A stretch of DNA of 16,264 nucleotides from Candidatus Poribacteria bacterium (GTDB lineage: Bacteria; Poribacteria; WGA-4E; UBA9662): NCBI GenBank assembly GCA_036339735.1, contig JAYZAL010000065.1, forward strand, positions 1 through 16,264, in the 5' to 3' direction. Positions within the stretch are counted from its first letter, which is position 1; each line of letters opens with the position of its first letter. The notes under the pieces are model-generated. The model worked only from the letters and a program-made list of their open reading frames with translations, had not been told where the DNA came from and ran no database searches. The position numbers were made by a program, and so were the translations under genes. Positions 1 to 7,072 of the stretch are shown here, one piece after another.

Positions 1-308
1 TCAATCAGATTCGATGCCATATCGGGTATCGGTCTTCGGAGCTAATCAAATACTGCCAACGAAATAAGATAGCCATTACGGCTTATAGCCCTTTAGCTAA
101 AAAAGAATTATTCAACTATTCTAGAGTACAGGAAATTGCCAATGAGCTCAATCGAACATCAGCCCAAGTAGCTCTGCGGTGGTTAGTTCAGCAAGAAATC
201 TTAGTCATCCCCAAAGCTAGTTCAAAGCAGCATTTGCAAGACAACCTTGGCATCTTTGACTGGCACTTGACTTCTGCCCAAGTAGATCAGCTAAATCAAA
301 TTCAGTAA
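1..308 (+). CDS. Aldo/keto reductase, C-terminal part (5' truncated by window edge)
   Basis: Not in the ORF track. Manual translation from nt 3: NQIRCHIGY...YCQRNKIAITAYSPLA...RTSAQVALRWLVQQEILVIPKASSKQHLQDNLGIFDWHLTSAQVDQLNQIQ*, TAA at 306-308. AYSPL, AQVALRW, IPK and NL.IFD are AKR-family C-terminal motifs. Confidence 0.93.
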   Translation, partial: NQIRCHIGYRSSELIKYCQRNKIAITAYSPLAKKELFNYSRVQEIANELNRTSAQVALRWLVQQEILVIPKASSKQHLQDNLGIFDWHLTSAQVDQLNQIQ

Positions 309-358
309 AAAGTAAATTCGGTAGTGGAAGAACTTATGAAGAGAGGTGTAGCTAGTAG

Positions 359-1168
359 TCAATTGTGTCGTTCAACACCGGTTGATCGACACAAGTTATC
401 GATGCCAGTAATTTTAGGATTGATATCTATAGCAGTTTCGACCATTCGGCGGGCGTCTTGGGTCATACGGCGGTCAAGATAAAATTCGGCCAACTTTTTG
501 TAGATCCAACCCAGGTCACGCTTTGATAGCTTCAACTTTTGAATTTTTTCCAAGTAGATGGGGATATCCCCTAAGGTCCTTGGTTTAATAAGAGCTTCGA
601 TGTAAATTTCGGACAAGCGATCATTGATTTCATCGATAAAATGATAAAAGAAAGGCGTTTCTTGCTCATCGTCGATTAGCTTTTGATAAAGTTCTATTGC
701 TTTCTCGAATAAGCCATTAGTTTGGTAAGCTTCGGCTAGTAAAAATTCGCAGTCCCGACTATCACCATAACCAAGAAAATCGTCGATCAAAAACTCTTGG
801 TTGTTGGTGTTTAAGTCCTCATAAATCCGAATCCCTTCGTCTAAATTGCGATTTAGTAGCTCTTGGAACATCAGTTCGCACTGTTTCTGATCTGCTTGCG
901 TTCGCCGTAAACGCTCGAGATAAGAATTTGGGAACTCAGCTCTTGGGCGCTGGCGGGTTAAATCGTATCGAACACGACGTTGCTCATCGCTTAAGACCTG
1001 ATAGGCCGTGGTAATTCTTCGAAACATTTGCTCAGAAGATGACTCACGTCCAGGGTTTTTATCAGGATGATATTGTTTTGCAAGTTTTCGAAAAGCCTGC
1101 TTGATATCTTCAACACTGGCTTCAGGTTCAACTTGTAAGGTTTGGTAATGGTCTAAAATCTGATTCAT
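359..1168 (-). CDS. J-domain (DnaJ-like, class C) protein with C-terminal TPR-like helical repeats
   Basis: N-terminal J domain DHYQTLQV...IKQAFRKLAKQYHPDKN...AYQVLSD...RYD with intact HPD. No G/F region or Zn finger. TPR-like segments FLLAEAYQTNGLFEKAIELYQKLI and YKKLAEFYLDRRMTQDARRMVETAIDINP. Confidence 0.9.
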   Translation of the reverse strand: MNQILDHYQTLQVEPEASVEDIKQAFRKLAKQYHPDKNPGRESSSEQMFRRITTAYQVLSDEQRRVRYDLTRQRPRAEFPNSYLERLRRTQADQKQCELMFQELLNRNLDEGIRIYEDLNTNNQEFLIDDFLGYGDSRDCEFLLAEAYQTNGLFEKAIELYQKLIDDEQETPFFYHFIDEINDRLSEIYIEALIKPRTLGDIPIYLEKIQKLKLSKRDLGWIYKKLAEFYLDRRMTQDARRMVETAIDINPKITGIDNLCRSTGVERHN

Positions 1169-1218
1169 TATGTTGACTTATTTTTTACCATCTTCAAAAT
1201 CGAGATGAATGGACATAA

Positions 1219-1247
1219 ATTTCACACAATTGCCAACCATTTGTCAA
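1219..1247 (-). promoter_or_regulatory. Putative sigma70-type promoter of the J-domain gene
   Basis: Minus strand: TTGACA (1247-1242), 17-nt spacer, TGAAAT (1224-1219, 4/6 match), about 50 nt upstream of the ATG at 1168. Confidence 0.45.
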
Positions 1248-1269
1248 GTCTGATTTTCCATTTGACAAG
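1237..1269. repeat. Near-perfect 12-bp direct repeat with mutually inverted TTGTCAA/TTGACAA cores
   Basis: CCATTTGTCAAG (1237-1248) and CCATTTGACAAG (1258-1269): 1 mismatch, 21-bp period. Confidence 0.6.
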
Positions 1270-1324
1270 ACCGGGGGAAAGAGCGAAAAATTCATTATTT
1301 ATCTGGTTTAGTCTTATTATTGAG

Positions 1325-1552
1325 ATGCCATCAAAATGTGACACCATTATAAATTTAAAATCAGATATAAAATTTACAATCTAGTTACTCGGTAATTCGC
1401 CTACAATCAATTCGGAAGTTCAGAAAAATATAAAGAAAGCCAAACCTGCTATTCGATACTTAATCGATCTATTCGATGATAAGCCTATAACCAGTAGAAA
1501 ATATGTGTTTAGATTCCTACAACAGATTAATCCGAATGATTCAGGTTTTTGA
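1325..1552 (+). pseudogene. Probable degraded HEAT-repeat protein fragment
   Basis: ATG at 1325, in-frame TAG at 1382-1384, then open to TGA at 1550-1552. Contains KKAKPAIRYLIDLFDDKPITSRKYVFRFLQQIN, matching HEAT/PBS-type spacing A.PAI..LI.L..D.x5.R.x6.L..I. Confidence 0.35.
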
Positions 1553-1823
1553 AGACCTATCGAAAACTATTCTTCTTCTACAGAGATTTGAAAATGGCAG
1601 AATTTAAATATAAATTGCCAAAAACATTACTGTTTTAGCAATTTATAGGGGTTAGATTTTACATATTTAACAAATTTTTGTAACTATTAATCGTAAGAAC
1701 GATAGCCAGAAAAACACGTAATCTTATGCTTTGATCAAATGAGGGAGGAGTTAGCAATATTGTCGGTTCTATAGAAAATGAACAGTTAGTATTTCTATGT
1801 CCACAGTCCTTTTGCAAAATGAT

Positions 1824-3407
1824 CTATACACCTGGTGAATCGTCGAAATCGAGGTCGACTTTGGAGCTGACAACTTCAGGGTGGAAGAGCGGCGAATCTG
1901 CTTCAACTAATCGACCATCTCGTAGTAAAATTTGATTAGGTGTTTTTGGGTTAACTCGCTTTCGATATTGTTTAGCTAGCAATTGGCTATCTTGATGACG
2001 AATAACTTCGACCTGATCAAAGTCAAAATCTTCCAAAACGGCAGATCTTAACTGAATTAATTCATCAGGAATTTGTTCATCCAAAAGTAAATTGTGTTGT
2101 TCATCAGGATCTTCAACCAAATCAAATGCAAGGTCATCTGTACCACGGAAAGCAACGTATTTATATCGTTCAGACCTAATCATTCGAAATTCAGTACCTA
2201 AGCCCCAACGAGGCGTCAAAGATTCAGTGATAACTCCGGAGCGTTGTATCAACTGTCTTGGTGCCTGCTGCTGACCAGTTATAACTGGAGAAAGATTCAC
2301 TCCATCCAACCCTTCTGGTGGTTCAATATTAGATAACCCACATATAGTTGGAAAAATATCAGCTAGCGAAACAGGATTTTGAATAGTTTGTGAGGCTAGG
2401 GTTCCTTTTCGGTGATTGGGCAAAGAGACGATAAAGGGAACACGAACTGAGGCTTCGTGCCAAGTGTTTTTCCACCATAAGCCGTGCTCACCACATAGTT
2501 CTCCATGGTCCGAAGTATAAATGATAACTGTATTATCTAAGAATCCACCATGCTCTAATAGCACTAAGAAGTCACCCAACATCTCATCCAAGAAATCGAC
2601 AGAAGCAAAATAAGCTGCTCTAGCCTTCATTTCTTCTTCAGGGCTAATGGCTTCTGTCTGAAACCCTTTAATAGCGCCTAAGGTCATTGGATGGTTAATT
2701 GTATCTCCACTCCGTCCGATAAAAGGTCGGGTCACCAAAGTTGACTGGTTGGTTTGAAAGTCATAGTAGCGTTCCAAATAACGACGAGGCGCAGTCAATG
2801 GGAAATGTGGTCGACTGAAAGAAGTATACAATAGCCAAGGACGATCAGCAGAGGTATGATGGTTTTCTCGTAACCATGACATCGATTCACGGATGATCAT
2901 GTTTTCTTGTAATAAAGATTCAGGGATCTCACTCAATCCTGCGTCAGCCGTTCGAGAACGCATAGTCATCCCTGCAAAATTTTGTGAGTTATGGCGACTC
3001 AATGGATCATACTGGTGTGAGCACATACCACCGAAATCGCCATAAGGTCTTGCGCTAAATCCTGCATACTGGAGAGAGCCACCAAGGTGCATCTTACCAA
3101 CTGTGGCCGTTTGGTAACCATTGGATTGAAAGTGCGAGCCCCAAGTCGGAAGCTCAGGAGACAAGATTGACTGATTCGCCCAAGCACCACACCGATGAGC
3201 GTGGCGGCCAGTTAACATAGCAATACGGGAAGGTGAGCATAGTGGAAACTGGCAGTAAGCTTTGTCAAAGGTAATGGCCTGTTTAGCCAATCGGTCTAGT
3301 GTTGGTGTCTGACAAGGCTCACCTCCGTTTTCTTGGCTTCGATGTGATAGAAACCGGTAGGAGTGTTCGTCGCTGTGTAGAACCAAGATATTAGGTTGAT
3401 TGAGCAT
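1824..3407 (-). CDS. Formylglycine-dependent (S1) sulfatase, choline-sulfatase-like, no signal peptide
   Basis: PNILVLHSDEH start; CSPSRIAMLTGR (C-x-P-x-R FGly signature); GKMH; RPHFP; YTSDHGE; DLVEDPDEQHNL. Confidence 0.95.
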   Translation of the reverse strand: MLNQPNILVLHSDEHSYRFLSHRSQENGGEPCQTPTLDRLAKQAITFDKAYCQFPLCSPSRIAMLTGRHAHRCGAWANQSILSPELPTWGSHFQSNGYQTATVGKMHLGGSLQYAGFSARPYGDFGGMCSHQYDPLSRHNSQNFAGMTMRSRTADAGLSEIPESLLQENMIIRESMSWLRENHHTSADRPWLLYTSFSRPHFPLTAPRRYLERYYDFQTNQSTLVTRPFIGRSGDTINHPMTLGAIKGFQTEAISPEEEMKARAAYFASVDFLDEMLGDFLVLLEHGGFLDNTVIIYTSDHGELCGEHGLWWKNTWHEASVRVPFIVSLPNHRKGTLASQTIQNPVSLADIFPTICGLSNIEPPEGLDGVNLSPVITGQQQAPRQLIQRSGVITESLTPRWGLGTEFRMIRSERYKYVAFRGTDDLAFDLVEDPDEQHNLLLDEQIPDELIQLRSAVLEDFDFDQVEVIRHQDSQLLAKQYRKRVNPKTPNQILLRDGRLVEADSPLFHPEVVSSKVDLDFDDSPGV

Positions 3408-3531
3408 AAAATTACGCCTTAGATAGGTTAGCTAAGTTGGAAAAAAATGTAGATCTAACGATTTAACAAGAATTAGACAGTTTTTGTATGATAGTTTACT
3501 TCACTCTAAGATTAACAAGTACGTGTTTCAT

Positions 3532-4287
3532 TCAAGGAGTCCACAAATTCCATTCAGCTGAATGAGACCACCGATCGCATAATCGACATGTACATAAATA
3601 ACGAAATGCGAATCGGGGAATGGAACTGGTATTGGCCGTGCCAGCGTGAGCAAACATATGCTGAAAAAATAATACATCACCTCGTTTAGGTTGTAGCTCG
3701 ACCGGGTCTCCCAGATTTAGCGTATTTAGATCATTATGTAGGTCAATAAGATAGTGATATTTTTCCTTGTCTGATTCAGCTAAGGCACGGATTTTATGAT
3801 GAGATTTGGGCCAAACCATCGTACCTCCACCTTTATCTACAGTATCACTAAGAAAAGTTAACACCACCATTCTCAGTGGTCCCGGAAGTGATTTTCGGTA
3901 TTTTTTCCCTCCTAACTCAATCCCATCAATGTGAGCTTTACCACACGACCATTTTGGAGATGGAAAAACATTAATGGTATTAATACCACTTGGATAGTGT
4001 GCAGCTACGGAGAGGTCGCTAGTCAGTTGAGAACTAGCTTGCATAAACTTAGGAGTGCAACAGGCTAAAAGATCGGAGTCAGTCGTAGTGATGTCAATCA
4101 AGTTTCGGTAAGACTGTACGCTGGCCCATTTTGGAACAGTTTCCCAAGATTCTGGTTGATCTGGTTGCATTTCTAATAGCGACCACAATTTATCCCTAGC
4201 TTTTTTCGAAACTTGATCGGGAATTAAATCTTCAGCTAGTAGATATCCTTGTTCTTGATATTCGTCGATCTGTCTGGGGGTTAGCAT
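3532..4287 (-). CDS. PhyH-like Fe(II)/2-oxoglutarate dioxygenase
   Basis: MLTPRQIDEYQEQGYL start; H-x-D (AHIDG); GGGTMVWPKSH; RGDVLFF...HAG; distal R (PRFAF). Confidence 0.88.
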   Translation of the reverse strand: MLTPRQIDEYQEQGYLLAEDLIPDQVSKKARDKLWSLLEMQPDQPESWETVPKWASVQSYRNLIDITTTDSDLLACCTPKFMQASSQLTSDLSVAAHYPSGINTINVFPSPKWSCGKAHIDGIELGGKKYRKSLPGPLRMVVLTFLSDTVDKGGGTMVWPKSHHKIRALAESDKEKYHYLIDLHNDLNTLNLGDPVELQPKRGDVLFFQHMFAHAGTANTSSIPRFAFRYLCTCRLCDRWSHSAEWNLWTP

Positions 4288-4291
4288 GTTT

Positions 4292-4730
4292 TTACTTAAC
4301 AGTTATTAGGCACTTAGTCTCTTAGCTTTCTTTGTACCCATAACGTATAGCTTTTGCTCTGACAGAGTGAACCCCTTTATTTAAACGAATTGGCCCGGTG
4401 ACTAGCATCCAATATGGATTGTGTTCGGTTGCCTTTTCGTCAATTGTATAGACCATAGAAGCTCCTTCTGTCGCACAATAAAAGTTAATCATAGTTGGGA
4501 ATTTAGATTAGCTGTTTCGTTTGTAATCCTCTTCTGGCCTCGATTGTTCGGTGAATTGGGAACCAGCTAGACCATACTGGTTTTGGGTTGCTCATCAAGA
4601 TATTGGGATAATTTTGAGCTACTTGTAAATTACTAGAACTTGCGACAGTTGCCAGTGATTGTAATTGACCAGTGGAAAGACTAGTAAAAGCTGCCACCGA
4701 AAATTGTAGAAATTGTTGTCGATTCATCAC
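4292..4730 (-). pseudogene. Internally deleted Tat-type sulfatase pseudogene (signal and PNIL joined to a C-terminal Fn3-associated/CHB_HEX_C-like domain)
   Basis: Frame A: MNRQQFLQFSVAAFTSL...NYPNIL (Tat-like leader plus sulfatase start). Frame B from 4596: DEQPKTSMV*LVPNSPNNRGQ..., TAG at 4569-4567. Frame C from about 4500: PTMINFYCATEGASMVYTIDE...YWMLVTGPIRLNKGVHSVRAKAIRYGYKES*ETKCLITVK*, TAA at 4324-4322 and 4294-4292. No catalytic CxPxR region remains. Confidence 0.75.
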
Positions 4731-4744
4731 CTTACTAGAATAAA

Positions 4745-5572
4745 TTAGAAATTATGGTAATTCTCGGGAGTCCAGTTAGGTACAGGATAACCAGGAGGCC
4801 AATGATCGTGGCCTACTTTCCGGTTAAAGTCAGATCTATTTCCACACAACCAGTAGTACATTTCGGCGGCATCAAACCAATTCCTGTGCTGCTGTTGATG
4901 AGTTGGGTGCTGAAACTTGGCATTTTGGGGCTGGCCTGACTCAAAGTTAGGGTCGGAAATCCAATCCCGTTGGGGTGGAGTCATTCGCCAGTAAATATAT
5001 TTCAGCATGTTTCGCCAGCCAATAGCGGTTGATTTAGAACGGCGGTGCCAAATCGAATAAGCGGTAATAAAAATCGAACCAGCAGGTGCCGCAGTCAATT
5101 CTGCACCACGAATGGTACCATAGTGGCCCATCCAGCTCTGTAACGAAAAGAAAAAATGTGAGCCAGGTAAAACTTCGGTTGGCCCCATTTCAGGTGGTGT
5201 ATCTTGTGGGTAGTAAAATACCTGCAGATGGTTAACTGCTGGCCCGTATCGTGAACCCCCATCCCGGTGCCAGTTTTGGGATTCCATTGGACACTTAACT
5301 CGATGGTTAGGTAATTTGATAGGCAATGCAAAGTTAGCACCCAATAAAGAACGAACTGCTCCTGCTGCTTGAGGATTATAGAAAACAGCTTCAATAAACC
5401 AGTCCTCGTTGAGCAATGAGTGATGCCCGTTTTTATCAATGTAGTCAGTAGTCTGTCGGTTTATAGCATCATCGACTACACTTTCTAGCATGAGGTAACC
5501 AGTTTTGCAGAAATTAAAAACGTCAGTATCATTGAGTGTTGGGGGACAATCATAGGTTCGAGTCTGGATCAT
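4745..5572 (-). CDS. PhyH-like Fe(II)/2-oxoglutarate dioxygenase
   Basis: FCKTGYLML; NWHRDG (HxD); MGPTEVLPGSH; AGSIFITAYSIWHRR; distal R (WRNMLK). Start overlaps the upstream stop (ATGA at 5572-5569). Confidence 0.88.
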   Translation of the reverse strand: MIQTRTYDCPPTLNDTDVFNFCKTGYLMLESVVDDAINRQTTDYIDKNGHHSLLNEDWFIEAVFYNPQAAGAVRSLLGANFALPIKLPNHRVKCPMESQNWHRDGGSRYGPAVNHLQVFYYPQDTPPEMGPTEVLPGSHFFFSLQSWMGHYGTIRGAELTAAPAGSIFITAYSIWHRRSKSTAIGWRNMLKYIYWRMTPPQRDWISDPNFESGQPQNAKFQHPTHQQQHRNWFDAAEMYYWLCGNRSDFNRKVGHDHWPPGYPVPNWTPENYHNF

Positions 5573-6891
5573 AAACTAACCCCATATTTTTCTAGAATGA
5601 ATTCACAGCCAAGTCCGTAAGTCCGAGATTCATCCATCATTAAAGAAGTATTAGGAAATTGAATTATGCGCCAACCATCTTGTATCGCTTCCAATGGTGT
5701 TTGGTAAATAAAGGGTAGTTCTGGTTCAACAATCTTTCCTTCAATTAACATTGACATACCATGTATATTAGATGTGAGTGCGGTGTTACTAGTTTGAATA
5801 TAGAGTAGGTTTTGCTGAAGGTCGGAGCGATCTGTTTGGGATTCCACTTTCGTTTTTGGGTTCACTAATTGTCCATTCGAAGCGATTTCGGTCCAGTCGA
5901 AGACAACTGCTAACCGATCGTTACGTTTGTGCAGCAGATCTTGATAGGCATTTTGTGCATCCGCGGGATGATATTTGTTGTAAATGTTAGAAACACTTAC
6001 TCGGCCTTCCTGTAACCAGCGCAAGGCCCCAGCATAGTTCTCGAATAGGCTGTTGTGTTTAAAATCTTGCGGGTGGTGAGGTAATTCCCATTCCCAACCG
6101 CTCCGAATGTGTGCATAGTTGAAAAATATGGCATTGTGTAATGCATGTAAAGACAAATCAGTGAATTTTTGCCAAGGTGTAGCAATGCAGACGACCTCGC
6201 CTCCCTTGCGAATGGCTAATGCAGCATCCAGCAAGGCTTGTTCATGTCCCGAGCATTCAATAGCGAGTGGAAATTGACCGTATAATTCGTCTGATTCAGC
6301 AGGTACTTGTGCGAGTATATTGTCAATACCTTCTGTCGTTGCTATTTGGCGGCGAGCTTCGACAGGATCACAGGCATAGACTTGATAGCCTGCAGCGAGG
6401 AAGTTTTTAGCGGCTAAGTGCCCAACCAGACCTAGCCCACTGACTAAAACTTTAGCTGGAGGGCGAGCTGAAGTTGTAGTCAGTGTGGTCATACTGACGC
6501 CCATTATACGAGCAAACACAGCCAGCTCAGCTGATAGACCAGCCGGTAATAAAACAACATTCTTAGCTGATTGCCTTTGGTAGGAACTATGCGACCCAGA
6601 AGCAAAAACGATATCACCAACTTTTAGCCCCGAAACTTCCGCTCCAACCTGATCCAGCCGAAAAACGGCAGCATATCCAACTTGTTTGGGAAAGCTAGAT
6701 TCAGCCAAGTAGGCTGAGTTGATCTCTGTACCGGTACTGACCAAGGTCGCTAACGTCTGACCAGCGATTTCATCAGGTGCAAGTGGACGAGTTAAATCAA
6801 TCTCACTCTGTACTAATTCAGCTTTTTGATGATTGGTAATTGCTATACTATAGACTTTATTACTATCGTAGCTACTTGTTGGTTTGAGCAT
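5569..6891 (-). CDS. MDR-superfamily dehydrogenase lacking canonical Zn ligands (BchC-like subgroup), fused to an unassigned ~80-aa C-terminal domain
   Basis: SD-like AAGGGGGG upstream. VSTGTE and VGYAAV replace CxxD and GHE; LKVGDIV; Rossmann GLGLVG; IECSG. The MDR ends at AVVFDW (about aa 333), followed by a linker and LQQNLLY...YQTPLEAIQDGWRIIQFP...GCEFILEK. Confidence 0.85.
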   Translation of the reverse strand: MLKPTSSYDSNKVYSIAITNHQKAELVQSEIDLTRPLAPDEIAGQTLATLVSTGTEINSAYLAESSFPKQVGYAAVFRLDQVGAEVSGLKVGDIVFASGSHSSYQRQSAKNVVLLPAGLSAELAVFARIMGVSMTTLTTTSARPPAKVLVSGLGLVGHLAAKNFLAAGYQVYACDPVEARRQIATTEGIDNILAQVPAESDELYGQFPLAIECSGHEQALLDAALAIRKGGEVVCIATPWQKFTDLSLHALHNAIFFNYAHIRSGWEWELPHHPQDFKHNSLFENYAGALRWLQEGRVSVSNIYNKYHPADAQNAYQDLLHKRNDRLAVVFDWTEIASNGQLVNPKTKVESQTDRSDLQQNLLYIQTSNTALTSNIHGMSMLIEGKIVEPELPFIYQTPLEAIQDGWRIIQFPNTSLMMDESRTYGLGCEFILEKYGVSL

Positions 6892-6964
6892 CCATCCCCC
6901 CTTTTAATTGAATCAGAATTACTAAAAAACTCACCAACTTTTCAAGTTTATAAAACTTTTTCTC

Positions 6965-7026
6965 ATTACCTTTCGACTGGGATATAAGTTTCTGATAGTG
7001 CCAGTCTTTTTCATAAGTCTGGTAAT
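6965..7026. other. Nested inverted repeats (possible stem-loop) between the PhyH and MDR genes
   Basis: ATTACC (6965-6970)/GGTAAT (7021-7026) enclose GACTGG (6975-6980)/CCAGTC (7001-7006); the inner stem is followed by TTTTT on the + strand. Confidence 0.3.
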
Positions 7027-7072
7027 CATGGATACAGTAGTTGTAGCTTACACCTAATTTAAACTTCAACTA

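Noticed and set aside
1449..1478. Approximately 10-bp periodic TCGAT motif (CTATTCGAT twice)
   Set aside because: Three short degenerate units; TCGA is frequent throughout the window and the stretch lies within the putative HEAT remnant.
1595..1624. Imperfect hairpin TGGCAGAATTTA...TAAATTGCCA as the sulfatase terminator
   Set aside because: AT-rich stem with a 2-nt bulge, about 200 nt from the stop; too weak to call.
1741..1774. Strong SD-like GAGGGAGGAG on the + strand
   Set aside because: Followed only by TTG-TCG-GTT-CTA-TAG (4 codons); no supportable gene.
4503..4730. 75-aa ORF as a genuine small secreted protein
   Set aside because: Better explained as the 5' end of the deleted sulfatase; residues after PNIL are out-of-frame read-through.
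2092..6185. Short nested ORFs 2092-2274, 2999-3190, 4754-4939, 5095-5439, 5997-6185
   Set aside because: Antisense or alternative-frame shadows within well-supported genes; no motifs.
6872..7069. 65-aa minus-strand ORF between PhyH and MDR
   Set aside because: TTG start without an RBS, AT-rich, no recognisable motif, and it runs over the MDR RBS and start. Probably an open intergenic frame.
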